Below are positions 1-10,439 of a stretch of DNA of 64,000 bases, piece after piece; position 1 is the first letter of the stretch, and the number at the start of each line of letters is the position of its first letter. The DNA comes from Spirochaetia bacterium (lineage in GTDB: Bacteria; Spirochaetota; Spirochaetia; CADAEX01). The DNA is taken from the NCBI GenBank assembly GCA_963662265.2, contig CAXXHA010000013.1, forward strand, positions 32,001 through 96,000, given 5' to 3'. The notes under the pieces are model-generated. The model was not told the DNA's origin. It was given only the letters and a program-made list of their open reading frames with translations, and searched no databases. A program made the position numbers and the translations under genes.

Positions 1-2
1 CT

Positions 3-308
3 GAAGCTGCTTGGTGTATCATGTCAGTAACAAGAGCTTTCGGAGCTTCTGCTCACGCTATCGAAGAACTCGAAAGAGAAAGCTTTGACTACCTTGGTTC
101 ACAGCTCACTCCAAAAGAATGGTATGACGGACCAGCTGACAGAGAAGTACCATCACTTGACACAAGAAACGGTTTTGCTGGTGCACAGGCTACAACTGCT
201 AAAGAATGGCAGGATGCCTGGAAGGAAAAAGAGAAACTTTTCGGATCAGGATATGCAATTAAATTTTATATCGAAGATCCTAGAAAAGCTGCAACTTCTA
301 GAAAATAA
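3..308 (+). CDS. C-terminal part (5'-truncated by window) of a citrate synthase / citryl-CoA lyase family protein
   Basis: Frame open from base 3: EAAWCIMSVTRAFGASAHAIEE...YDGPADR resembles the R-x2-G-x2-AH-x2-E...Y-x-GP C-terminus of the citrate synthase fold; a terminator follows. Confidence 0.6.
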   Translation, partial: EAAWCIMSVTRAFGASAHAIEELERESFDYLGSQLTPKEWYDGPADREVPSLDTRNGFAGAQATTAKEWQDAWKEKEKLFGSGYAIKFYIEDPRKAATSRK

Positions 309-323
309 TAATTTTTTTATTAT

Positions 324-349
324 AAGTCCCCTGTTCTCAGGGGACTTTT
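324..349 (+). terminator. Rho-independent terminator
   Basis: AAGTCCCCTG-ttct-CAGGGGACTT then TT. Confidence 0.75.
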
Positions 350-519
350 CTTCTCGATTCAGAGGATGGACTTTTTCCTTATGAATGCTTTTAAAATAAA
401 AAAATTGTTTTATGAGATAATGCAGGAACCGGATAATTCCTCAGAAAAGAAAGAAAAACCAATAATAAAACCCTGATTATCTTTATCAGGGTTGAGGTGC
501 GTTAAGGAGACTTGAAAAT

Positions 520-1914
520 ATGGCTGAAAATGTAAAAGATCTGTACGACAGAGCCAGAAAAGCATTCGAAGTAATCGAATTCTGGCCACAGGATAGAGTA
601 GATGAAATGGTAGCTGCTGTTGCATGGAAACTCCAGACAAAAGCTGTTGCTGAAGATGTTGCTAAAATTGCTCATGAAGAATCAGGAATGGGTGTTTATG
701 AGCACAAAGTAAGAAAACACGGCAAGATTAAAGGTATCATGTTTGAAATGAAAGGCAAGAAAACTTGCGGTCTTATCAAAGATGATAAAGAAAGAGGAAT
801 CAAGACTTATGCAAAACCAATGGGTGTTGTTGCAAATGTTGTTCCTTGTACTAACCCTACAATTACAACAGCTTTTATCGGTCTTTCTCTTCTTAAAACA
901 AGAAATGCGATGATCTGTTCACCGCACCCAAGAACAAAGCAGTCAACTGCTAAAACAGTTAAATACGGAAGAGAGGCTCTCAAAGCTATCGGTGCTCCTG
1001 AAGACCTTTTCCTCTGCATTGAAGAACCTTCAAATGAAAAAACTGTAGAACTCATGTCAATTTCTGACTATGCTGTTGCTACTGGCGGTAAAGCTCTTAT
1101 TAAAGTAGTACACGCTGCAGGTACTCCAAGTGTAACTGTAGGTGCTGGTAATGTTAGAGCTATCATCGATCCTTCAGCTGACCTTGTGAAAGCTGCTACA
1201 TGCGTAATGCAGTCAAAAACTTTTGACAATGCAACTTCATGTTCATCAGAAAACGCTGTTTCACTCCACGAATCAATCTATGATGCTGGTATCGAAGAGC
1301 TCAAGAAAGTTGGCGGATACATGTGTACTTCTGAAGAGAGAGAAAAACTCAGAGCTGTTATGTGGCCTGACGGACATACTCTCAACAGAGACATTGTTGC
1401 TAAACCTGCTCTTACAATTGCAGAAATGGCTGGTATTGCAGTACCTGAAAACACAAAATTCATCATGGTTGAAGGTCAGAAAATCGGACCTGAAGACATG
1501 TTTTCAAACGAAAAACTTTCACTCGTACTCACAGTATGGAAATGGAATGATTTCGACACAGAAATGAAAACTCTCCTTGAAAACCTCAAGTTCTCAGGAA
1601 TCGGACACTCATGTGCTCTCCACTCAGCTAAACCTGAACAGTGGGAAAAACTTGCTGAGTTCATTCCTACAGGTAGAGTTAACATCAACATGCCTAACAC
1701 AATCGTAAACAGCGGTAGTTTCTTCGCTGGTCACGAGTACACAACAACAATCGGTTGCGGTACATGGACTGGAAACAGCCACAGTGACAACATCAACTAC
1801 AGACACTTCATGAACACAACTAGAATGGCTGTTCCAATAGAAGAGTATGTACCAACTGATGAAGAAGTTTACGGTGACAACCTTGCTAAATGCAAAGAAC
1901 TTTTCGGTGAATAA
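520..1914 (+). CDS. CoA-acylating aldehyde dehydrogenase (SauS/SucD/AdhE-N-like)
   Basis: PCTNP, SPHPR, ATGG, GAGN, catalytic Cys in FDNATSCSSEN, EKLS, GCGTWTGNS; RBS AAGGAG. Confidence 0.9.
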   Translation: MAENVKDLYDRARKAFEVIEFWPQDRVDEMVAAVAWKLQTKAVAEDVAKIAHEESGMGVYEHKVRKHGKIKGIMFEMKGKKTCGLIKDDKERGIKTYAKPMGVVANVVPCTNPTITTAFIGLSLLKTRNAMICSPHPRTKQSTAKTVKYGREALKAIGAPEDLFLCIEEPSNEKTVELMSISDYAVATGGKALIKVVHAAGTPSVTVGAGNVRAIIDPSADLVKAATCVMQSKTFDNATSCSSENAVSLHESIYDAGIEELKKVGGYMCTSEEREKLRAVMWPDGHTLNRDIVAKPALTIAEMAGIAVPENTKFIMVEGQKIGPEDMFSNEKLSLVLTVWKWNDFDTEMKTLLENLKFSGIGHSCALHSAKPEQWEKLAEFIPTGRVNINMPNTIVNSGSFFAGHEYTTTIGCGTWTGNSHSDNINYRHFMNTTRMAVPIEEYVPTDEEVYGDNLAKCKELFGE

Positions 1915-1937
1915 TATTTACTGATAAATATTTTATT

Positions 1938-1970
1938 ATACCCCGGTTATATTTACCGGGGTATTTTTTT
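1938..1970 (+). terminator. Rho-independent terminator
   Basis: ATACCCCGGT...ACCGGGGTAT plus T-run. Confidence 0.8.
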
Positions 1971-2081
1971 ACTTACTTTATGTATGACACCTGTATATAC
2001 GGAACAGGTTGTACTGATCTGGCCATGAATATGATAATGTCTCATATCTTGGAATTGAATATAAAATAACGGGATAAAATA

Positions 2082-2786
2082 ATGGAAATAAAAGCTGTAA
2101 TATTTGATTTTGTTCAGACACTGGGCACTGCTGCAGAAGGGTATAAAGCTGCTGAAAAGAATTCACAGGAAAAATTATATGAAAAGCTGAAGATTGATGA
2201 CTGGGACAGTTATAAAGATATATACAGGAAAGAGCGAAAGGAGCATTTTTTGAAATCTGATTTTTCAAGAAAAAATGTATGGCTTAAGATATGTTCTATT
2301 TATAAGCTGGAGCCGGATAATGAGTTTCTTGATAATCTTGAAAATGAATACTGGGAAATTGTGCAGAAAAGCATGAAACTGTTTCCTGAAACACTGAAAG
2401 TTCTGGCTGAACTGAAAAAGAAATATAAATTGGGGATGATTACTAATTCGCAGAAAGACGGAAGCACAAGGGCTCTTGATTCTGAGGATTATAATGAAAT
2501 GTCAGAATATTTTGATCATATTATAATTTCTGCTGAAGGCGATATTCCTGCAAAACCTGATCCTGTTCCGTTTAATATGATGCTTGAAAAAATGAAAATA
2601 AATGCTGACGAGGCAGTTTTTGTCGGTGATGACCTGAGGGTTGATATCGAAGGAAGCATAAATGCAGGGATGAAAGCTGTGTGGCTGAAGCATTATTCTG
2701 TAAAAAGAAACTGGCCTGAGTGCAGTTTTGATATTCCTGTGATTGATAACCTTGAAAAATTGTATGATATCGATAAATTAATGTAA
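2082..2786 (+). CDS. HAD-superfamily hydrolase
   Basis: FDFVQTL motif I, ITN motif II, KPDP motif III, VGDD...D motif IV. Confidence 0.85.
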   Translation: MEIKAVIFDFVQTLGTAAEGYKAAEKNSQEKLYEKLKIDDWDSYKDIYRKERKEHFLKSDFSRKNVWLKICSIYKLEPDNEFLDNLENEYWEIVQKSMKLFPETLKVLAELKKKYKLGMITNSQKDGSTRALDSEDYNEMSEYFDHIIISAEGDIPAKPDPVPFNMMLEKMKINADEAVFVGDDLRVDIEGSINAGMKAVWLKHYSVKRNWPECSFDIPVIDNLEKLYDIDKLM

Positions 2787-2832
2787 AAAGACTTGACTAG
2801 TGGTAAAGTAATCATTAACATGAATATTGGTT

Positions 2833-3738
2833 ATGAATCTTTACCATTTAAAGACTTTTTATTATACAGCTAAGTATAAGAGCCTGACTAAGGCTGCTGA
2901 CGTCCTCTGTATCACACAGCCTGCTGTTACAAAGCAGATAAAGCAGCTGCAGAGTCATTATGAAATAAAATTTCTCGACATTATCGGTAAGAAAGTTGTT
3001 CTTACCGATGCGGGGAAGCATCTGTACACAATTGCCGATAAGATATTTGATATGGAAAGCCAGGCAGAGGAAAGTATAAGAGATTTTCAGAATTTTACTA
3101 AGGGTAAAATCAATATTCTTTCCTGTGAAAGTTTCGGAGCTTATTATATTCCATATATTATCAGATATTATAATATCACAAATCCTGATATAAACATTTC
3201 AATGCAGATAAGCAGGAATGATGATATTATTGAAAATACTGCTGAACTTAACAATGATATCGGATTTATCTCGAAACCAATACAGAATCCCAAGATATCT
3301 GTGCACGAAATTCTCGAAGATGATATTGTTTTTATTGCAAGTCCGAAATATGAACTCAGCCGTCGTGATACATTGATTCCTGAAGATCTCAAAGGCTGTA
3401 ATATGATTGTTCATGAGCAGGGATCTGTTACACGAAAAGTTGCCGACAACTTGATTAGAAAAAATAATATTGACCTTAATATCAGTTATGAAATATCAAA
3501 CAGCGAAGCAATTAAAAGGCTTGTTCAGCAGGATCTTGGTGTTGCCTTTATTTCAAAGAACATGGTATCTGAAGAGGTTAAAAGCGGTAAGCTGGTAGCA
3601 GTTCCGGTTGAGGAAAAAGGGTTTAAAAGAAAATACTATATGATACATCACAGCGAAAAGTATTTTTCAAAACCGCTCAAAGATCTTTTTGACCTGATTC
3701 TTCAATGGTCAAAGATATACCCGACACCAATGTTTTAA
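2833..3738 (+). CDS. LysR-family transcriptional regulator
   Basis: N-terminal HTH SLTKAADVLCITQPAVTKQIKQL plus substrate-binding domain; ATG at 2833 preferred. Confidence 0.92.
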   Translation: MNLYHLKTFYYTAKYKSLTKAADVLCITQPAVTKQIKQLQSHYEIKFLDIIGKKVVLTDAGKHLYTIADKIFDMESQAEESIRDFQNFTKGKINILSCESFGAYYIPYIIRYYNITNPDINISMQISRNDDIIENTAELNNDIGFISKPIQNPKISVHEILEDDIVFIASPKYELSRRDTLIPEDLKGCNMIVHEQGSVTRKVADNLIRKNNIDLNISYEISNSEAIKRLVQQDLGVAFISKNMVSEEVKSGKLVAVPVEEKGFKRKYYMIHHSEKYFSKPLKDLFDLILQWSKIYPTPMF

Positions 3739-3832
3739 AAACACGATGTTTTCCCCCAAAGGGGACATGTGGTCTGCCGGACAGCTATTGATAGCGGTTG
3801 GGCTGATGAAAAAACAGGACTTTTTTTCATCA
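3737..3832 (+). repeat. Decayed copy of the CAGGA-loop hairpin element at 28725-28890
   Basis: AAAACACGATGTTTTCCCCCAAAGGGGAC aligns with AAACAGGACGTTTTCCCCCCTGAAGGGGAC; second hairpin TGATGAAAAAA-CAGGAC-TTTTTTTCATCA. Confidence 0.65.
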
Positions 3833-3883
3833 TGGGGAAAGGGTTTAACTGATAAAAAAGAGTAAATTACAAAGATTTTTATA

Positions 3884-3921
3884 AACCTTTCTGAAGATGA
3901 TCTTCAGAAAGGTTATTTTTT
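3884..3921. terminator. Terminator hairpin between convergent lysR and NUDIX genes
   Basis: AACCTTTCTGAAGAT-g-ATCTTCAGAAAGGTT plus T-run. Confidence 0.7.
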
Positions 3922-3954
3922 GCACAGCGGAAAATAAACATTGGTTCAGGATAA

Positions 3955-4458
3955 TCAGATAATTCCTCTTTTTTTAAGAATTGAAAATTCCAGTTCAAAA
4001 CTGTCTGTAAAGTAGTTTTTTCCTATAAGAGATTCAATTTCCTCGATAGAAAAAAATCTGCCGTCGACAACTTCATCATTATCTATTTTAAAAGGGCCGT
4101 TATAAATTGTTGTATAAAGCATGGCAACTTCAGTTTCTGTAGTGTTTTCATGTATATATTTGAAAAGGAAATCAAGACTGGCAGGTTTTATTCCAAGTTC
4201 TTCTTCCGCTTCTCTTAAAACCGCTTCTTCGGGAATTTCTCCTGCTCCCACATGTCCCCCGACAGCAGTATCCCAGAGTCCCGGGTAGAGATCTTTTGAA
4301 TCAGATCTTTTCTGAAGAAAAATATCACCTCTGTCATTGAAAATCTCGATATGAACAACCATCTGAATAAGGGATTTATCTTCATGACATTTTGACCTCG
4401 GAGCAACTCCTGCAGGATTCCCGTCAAGATCGACTAATTGCAGCATTTCATCTTTCAT
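3955..4458 (-). CDS. NUDIX hydrolase (IDI/YfcD-like)
   Basis: Nudix box GGHVGAGEIPEEAVLREAEEELG; LQKRS..KDLYPGLWD. Confidence 0.88.
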   Translation of the reverse strand: MKDEMLQLVDLDGNPAGVAPRSKCHEDKSLIQMVVHIEIFNDRGDIFLQKRSDSKDLYPGLWDTAVGGHVGAGEIPEEAVLREAEEELGIKPASLDFLFKYIHENTTETEVAMLYTTIYNGPFKIDNDEVVDGRFFSIEEIESLIGKNYFTDSFELEFSILKKRGII

Positions 4459-4582
4459 AAATATATTTTAGCAAAAATAAACAGAAGTTCATATCAAAAT
4501 AAAAAAAGCTGCCGACCGGTGAAGGAAGACAGCTTTGAAAATATTCCAAACTGGAATGTTGGATTTGAATAAATATTTAAAC

Positions 4583-5526
4583 CTAACTGATTCCGAGAAG
4601 TTTTATAGCTCCGATATACATTGCCATTGAAACCATCATTGCAATAAGAGGTGTTGTAATCCAACCGATAACGATATTGGTAAGAGTTTTAAGGTTGATT
4701 GTTTTTACACCTTTTACAAATCCGATACCAAGTACACCACCTACAATAGCTTGTGATGAAGATACAGGAACACCAACAATAGCATATATATTGAGAATAA
4801 TAGACATAGAAAGTACAGCTACAAATGCACTGAACGGGTCAAGCTTTACTAGCTTTTCACCTACAGTCTGCATAACTCTTTTACTGTATGTTATAGCACC
4901 GAGACAGATACTTAATGATCCGATAATAAGTGCCTGGGGAATGTTAAGAAGACCTGTTTCGATATAAATACCTGTTACATTTGCAACATTGTTCGCACCG
5001 AGTGAATATGCTCCGTAACACCCTACAACTATGAGAACCAATCCTGAGTACAGAGTCCTGCTGAAAAATATTAAGTTTCAGTTTTGCAAGAAGCTTACTT
5101 AAGAGAGGGTAAAGTATCAGAGTTGCAATAACACATCCAACCGGAGTTCCATACCCAGCATGCAAATACTTTAGGTAGTTTTGAAAGGTCAACATGACCT
5201 ATGATAATACCAATACCGATAATTGCTCCAACCATAGCCTGTGATGTTGATACAGGAAGGTTTAAATATGTCATTACAGTTACTGTTAATGCAGCAGCAA
5301 GTGCAGTTATGAAAGCTGTATTAAGGTTCTGCTCAACGAGACCGCTCAAAGTATGCATACCTGCAGCGCCCTGGAGTATTGAACCAAGAATAATCATAAT
5401 ACACAGCCAGAAAAGAGCAGTCTTGAACTTGACCATTCTTGAGAATACTGCTGTTCCAAATATATTTGCAGAGTCATTGGCACCCAATGACCAACCCATA
5501 AATATCCCGCTTAATAGCCTGAACAT
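4583..5526 (-). CDS. pit: PiT-family inorganic phosphate transporter, split by two single-base insertions (~5150, ~5036)
   Basis: Both PHO4 signatures (GANDSAN, GANNVAN) and PVSTSQ/PVSSSQ; three ORF pieces join as ...FACWV/GTPVG...LRIG/LIVVGCYG. Confidence 0.88.
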
Positions 5527-5529
5527 TTA

Positions 5530-6174
5530 TTAAATCTTCCTTTTGATGATTGCGAGTTCAATTCTGTCAGATACATCTTCAGCAAGGTCTGAGATGTTAC
5601 CGATAGCAATTATTACTTCCTTAAGCTGCATTTTTTCTGCAAGATCCATATCTGTGCTGTAGATATCTCTGATAAGTGCTCTTTCAGCAGCATCTGATTC
5701 TCTTTCTTTATCACAAACATCTTCACATTTGTTTAAAAGATCTTCTTCTTTGAAAAGACAGAAAGCAGCTTCTTTTGTGAGGTTGTATGCATCAATGTTT
5801 ACATTAATAAGATCGATAAATCTTGCTTTGTAGTTTTCAGGAACTTTGATGTTCTGAAAAAAGATAATGTTACAAACAGACTGGAATGTGTTTGGTAATG
5901 TGTCGAAAGATTCGAGAAGACCGAGGATATCACCTCTTGATTCAGGTACAAGCGCTTTTTTGTAGAGCTCAAGAATTACAGATCTTCTTTCTGTGTCAGC
6001 TTCATGCTCTGCTGCGTGTACATCTTCCACTGCGTCTGCAAGTGATGCGTCAGCATCTTTGTTGATAAGGTCTGCGACAGTTTTTTTGAAAACGTCTCTT
6101 GTTTTATCAGTTTTTTCAAAATAGGTCTGAATTTTTGAAAAAATTGATTCCTGTTTTTTCCATAATTTTGCCAT
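5530..6174 (-). CDS. DUF47 (PhoU-like) phosphate transport regulator
   Basis: EHEAD...LVPESRGDIL, ERESD and ISDLAEDVSD motifs; directly upstream of pit. Confidence 0.88.
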   Translation of the reverse strand: MAKLWKKQESIFSKIQTYFEKTDKTRDVFKKTVADLINKDADASLADAVEDVHAAEHEADTERRSVILELYKKALVPESRGDILGLLESFDTLPNTFQSVCNIIFFQNIKVPENYKARFIDLINVNIDAYNLTKEAAFCLFKEEDLLNKCEDVCDKERESDAAERALIRDIYSTDMDLAEKMQLKEVIIAIGNISDLAEDVSDRIELAIIKRKI

Positions 6175-6334
6175 AGAGATTGCTCCTTCTTTTTTATTGT
6201 TCCTATATAAATTATGGATTTTAACTATTTTGGGAAAAAATGTCCAGAGATAAAAGATAATATTTATAACCGATAGTTATCAGTTTTTTCAATAGGCTTC
6301 TATACAGAAATGATGATTTTTCATAAAATAATGT

Positions 6335-8095
6335 ATGGGATATTTTCTTAGATACAGGCTTAATTTAAAGATATTTCTTTCATTCATTTCAATTATAATA
6401 ATAACCACGATAACAGCTCTGAGTATCGGGTATTCAACTATGAAAAAATCTATTGAACAGGAGCATATGCTGAGACTGGATGACAGTCTTAGTGCTTATT
6501 TCAATGAGCTGAAATTCAAGCAGGATGAATGTTATGCAGCTGTTAAAAATCTTTCTGAAGATTCTGATATAGCCCATCTTGTTGCTACAAAGAACAGGCG
6601 CGGTCTTGAAAAAAGCCTTGGACATTTTTACAGTATGGGGCTTTTTGATATTATTGAAGTTGAGGATGAGAACGGGGCTGTTCTTATCAGGGCACATGAT
6701 CCTGAAAAAAGCGGTGATTTGAAGATATACCAGAAGATAATAAAGGAAGGGCTTAAGGGGCAGACTGTTGTCGGGTATGAAAGCGGGAAGTCCGGTATTG
6801 CGATAAGAGCTGTTGCGCCTGTTTCAATGAATGGCAAGATAACAGGACTCCTGATGTTCGGAAAGCTGTTTTCAGAGGATTTTGTCAGCAAAATAAAAAA
6901 GCTGACCGGTCTTGAAAGCGGTATATATAGAAACGGCAGCAAAATAATATCGACTTATGATGGTATAGATGTTTTAACTGAAAAGCAGATTGAAGAACTT
7001 AAAAAAGCCGGGACTCTTATTTTAAGGAAGGAAGAAAATAAAAACAGCTGTCTTTATAAATTCCAGGCACTCTACAGCGACAGGGATAAATTCTGGGGAG
7101 CTATTTCACTGCGGCTTGTGGAAAAAGATACTGAGCTGTATTTCTCATACACGGGAAGCCTTCTTTTTCTGATGATTATGATAGGTTTTTTCCTTTCTCT
7201 GTTTACCTATATTATTCTGGCGGCAAATATTAATCATTCACTCGAAAAAATAATAAACGGTATTAATAACTTCAATATAAGCAATGAAGGCGCACTGATT
7301 GATGTTCATTCTAATGATGAATTCAGGACAATAGCTGAAAGTATAAATAATCTTTCAATCAAGCTGTATAATTACAATAAGAAAGTGACAAAACTTCAGG
7401 ATGATATGATAAAGTCTGCAAAACTTGCTGCTGTCGGGCAGATGTCTGCCGGTCTTGCCCATGAGATAAGGAATCCTTTGAGTTCCGTAAAAATGATGTC
7501 ACAGATAATAAGAAGCCGGTATCTTAAGAACGGGGAAGGGATTAGTGAAATCTCAACAGTTCTTGAAGAGATTGACAGAATTAATAACCTGATATCAGAT
7601 CTTCTTGAATTTTCCAAACCCGGCCCCATGAATTTCAGCAAAAATGATATCAATGATATTATAAGGAAAGTACTCAATCTGTATAAATATAATATTGAAC
7701 ATCAGAAAATAGCTGTAGAAACTTCTCTTGATGATAATATACCTCTATCCTGTCTTGATAATGAAAAAATCAAACTCTGTCTTATCAATTTTACTGTCAA
7801 TGCAATCCAGGCAATGCATGACGGCGGAGTCCTGAAAGTAGAGTCAAAGCTTGATAACATCCGGATTAGGATTAAAATAAGTAATACAGGTAAAAAAATA
7901 CCTGAGAAAGACATTGAAAAAATATTTGAACCGTTCTTTACTACAAAAAAAGAGGGAACAGGCCTCGGGCTTGCAATGACTAAACTGATAATTGAACGGC
8001 ATTATGGTACGGTTTCAGTCGAAAGCAGTGAAAAATTGACTGTTTTTGAGATTGTTCTTCCGCTGAAACTAGATGATTATATTACTATAGTATAG
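6335..8095 (+). CDS. Sensor histidine kinase (2 TM, Cache-like periplasmic domain, HAMP, HisKA, HATPase)
   Basis: H-box AHEIRNPL, N-box NAIQAM, FEPFFTTK, GTGLGL. Confidence 0.93.
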   Translation: MGYFLRYRLNLKIFLSFISIIIITTITALSIGYSTMKKSIEQEHMLRLDDSLSAYFNELKFKQDECYAAVKNLSEDSDIAHLVATKNRRGLEKSLGHFYSMGLFDIIEVEDENGAVLIRAHDPEKSGDLKIYQKIIKEGLKGQTVVGYESGKSGIAIRAVAPVSMNGKITGLLMFGKLFSEDFVSKIKKLTGLESGIYRNGSKIISTYDGIDVLTEKQIEELKKAGTLILRKEENKNSCLYKFQALYSDRDKFWGAISLRLVEKDTELYFSYTGSLLFLMIMIGFFLSLFTYIILAANINHSLEKIINGINNFNISNEGALIDVHSNDEFRTIAESINNLSIKLYNYNKKVTKLQDDMIKSAKLAAVGQMSAGLAHEIRNPLSSVKMMSQIIRSRYLKNGEGISEISTVLEEIDRINNLISDLLEFSKPGPMNFSKNDINDIIRKVLNLYKYNIEHQKIAVETSLDDNIPLSCLDNEKIKLCLINFTVNAIQAMHDGGVLKVESKLDNIRIRIKISNTGKKIPEKDIEKIFEPFFTTKKEGTGLGLAMTKLIIERHYGTVSVESSEKLTVFEIVLPLKLDDYITIV

Positions 8096-8107
8096 GAGAA
8101 TATCTTT

Positions 8108-9519
8108 ATGGCTGCAGTACTTGTTATAGATGATGAAAAAAGTATACAGAAAAGTTTTACACAGTTGTTCAGCAACAAGTTTGAAGTACTCAATGCATAC
8201 AACGGCAAGGAGGGGCTTGAAATCCTGGACAGTCATGAGGTTGATCTTGTTTTTCTTGATTACATGATGCCTGGAGAAGATGGTCTTGAAATACTGGAAA
8301 AAATCAAGAAAAAGGAACCGGGGATTCCTGTGGTCATGATTACTGCCCATGGAAGTTTTGAGACAATAATAAAGTCTACATCACTGGGGGCTTACGATTA
8401 TCTGGAAAAACCGCTTGATATAGATAAGATTGAAATACTGGCGAAAAGAGCTGTTGAATCGAGGAAAATCTGTAAATATGTAAACACAATACGGGCTGAA
8501 AATATAAAAAACTATAACCTCAAGATGATTGTAGGTAATTCAGAGCCTATGCAGAATGTTTTTAAGGCGATCGGTAGGCTTGTTAATAATGATGTTTCTG
8601 TCCTTGTTACAGGCGAGAGCGGTACAGGAAAAGAACTTATTGCAAAGGCGCTTCATTACAACGGCAAACGGAAAAATGAGCCTTTTGTTGCTGTTAACTG
8701 TTCAGGCCTTACTGAGACACTTCTTGATAATGAACTCTTCGGACATGAGCCCCAGGCTTTTACCGGCGCTGTAACAATGAAGAGCGGTAAATTTGAAGCT
8801 GCAGGCGAGGGCACAATTTTTCTTGATGAAATCGGAGACATGCCGCTTAATATCCAGACAAAGCTTCTCCGTGTTCTTCAGGAAAAGGGAATTTCAGAGG
8901 CTTGGAGGCCTGAAGACAATAAAGCTCCGTGCAAGAGTGATTGCAGCGACAAACAGAAATCTTTCGGAAGAGGTTGAAAAAGGGAATTTCAGAGAGGACC
9001 TTTTTTACAGGATCAGTGTTGCTCCCCTGAGACTCCCCCCGTTAAGAGAGCGGAAAGGCGATATCTCCGCTGCTTGTTGATTTTTTTCTGAACAAGGCAT
9101 CAGGCAAAATAGGAAAACAGGTTACCCAGGTTTCAGAAAATCTTATGAAAAACCTCATGGAACACAGCTGGCCCGGTAATGTTCGTGAACTTGAAAACCT
9201 TATCACAAGCTTCTGCATTAATGCCCAGGGAGAGGTTCTTACAAGTTCAGATTTCCCCACAGTTGATATCCGTGAAAGGGAAACAGACCCAGATAAAAAT
9301 GCGGATAAGGGCGATCTCATGGCCAGTGTAATTGACCAGTATTTTGAAAACAGTGATGAGAATGAAAATCTTCTCCCATCTCTCTATGAGGAAATGGAAA
9401 GAAAAATGATTGAGAAAGCTGCTGTGAAATTCAACAATAATAAATCACTCATGGCCAAATATCTGGGAATAAGCCGGGTTACTCTGCAGAAAAAAATGAG
9501 TTCAGGTCCGCAGGAATAA
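8108..9519 (+). CDS. NtrC-type sigma54-dependent response regulator, split by two single-base insertions (~8886, ~9066)
   Basis: REC domain, [39 protein letters not shown] and Fis HTH across three frames. Confidence 0.92.
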
Positions 9520-9582
9520 CAACCAGCCTGTCGGTTTCTGTTAAACCATTTTTCATTTAATAACATTTTTTAAACCTCACAA

Positions 9583-9630
9583 TGTAAAAAAACTTATCAT
9601 CATCTGATAAAACTGTTAACATTTTTTACT
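9583..9630. promoter_or_regulatory. Candidate upstream activator sites for the sigma54 activator
   Basis: Imperfect TGT/TGA-N11-ACA/TCA dyads (TGTAAAAAAACTTATCA, TGATAAAACTGTTAACA, TGTTAACATTTTTTACT) ~120-170 bp upstream of the -24/-12 site, then an AT-rich tract. Confidence 0.5.
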
Positions 9631-9751
9631 GATCCGCCTGCTTGCCTGGAAAGCCCTGTTTTTGGCAATGAAATTTATTATTTCATATAAATCTTTTATA
9701 TATAATAAGTTATGAAATTAATTAAAAATATTTAAAAATTATGCAATAAAC

Positions 9752-9767
9752 TGGCACATCTTATGCA
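9752..9767 (+). promoter_or_regulatory. sigma54 (-24/-12) promoter
   Basis: TGGCAC-ATCTT-ATGCA vs consensus TGGCAC-N5-TTGCW, just downstream of the activator gene. Confidence 0.8.
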
Positions 9768-9802
9768 TATATGTCTCTGAAGGGGTTTCAAGGAGACAAA
9801 TT

Positions 9803-10439
9803 ATGGGAACTGTTTATTCTTCAGAAAAAAAGAAAGCAGGATTATTTTTCAGGAAAAAAAAATATCAGACAGATGACTGTTTCGGAAGGGCTCGAAATTG
9901 TGAGTTCGATCGTTGATGCAATGGATGGGAGCAGTGAAGGTTCTGATAATTTTGTTACAGCCAACAAAATTCTTGAGCTGGAAAACCAGTTTGAAAGTTA
10001 TGAGAAATCCTTTTTGAAAGCTGTTGAGGAAAGACGGTGTCTTCCTGCATGCTGGGAGGAAATCTGGAAAATTAACAGGGCACTTAAAGAACTTGTTAAT
10101 CATTTTTCTATGATTTTCAACAAGGAACAGATTTTCAGAAGTTCTGATTCATATTCTGTTTTTTATGATTACCAGAAAAGATTTCTTGATAATGTAAAAT
10201 CTTTTTTCACTGATTACCTCAGTAACAGAAAATATGTTTATGAAATTCTTCTTAATAACCAGCTTGAACTTAAAAATTTCATGAAACTTTATTTCAGCAG
10301 AATCAATTCTGTCAGCAGTGATAATATTGCAGCAGTTGAATCACAGCTCAGAATTCTTGAATTGTTTGAAAAGGTAAATGAAATCAATGACAGAATTCAG
10401 AATTCCCTGAGCAAGATATATGTATCAACAGGGATCTAG
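9803..10439 (+). CDS. Hypothetical helical protein, divergent DUF47/PhoU-like; one extra A in an A9 run (~9854-9862)
   Basis: RBS AAGGAG plus ATG 9803 gives MGTVYSSEKKKAGLFFRKK, joining NIRQMTV if A9 is read as A8; the listed 9771 start lies too close to the sigma54 promoter; resembles 10684-11292. Confidence 0.65.

Noticed and set aside
9771-9802. Listed start of the 222-aa ORF
   Set aside because: Upstream of the expected sigma54 TSS and without an RBS; ATG 9803 plus one homopolymer indel fits better
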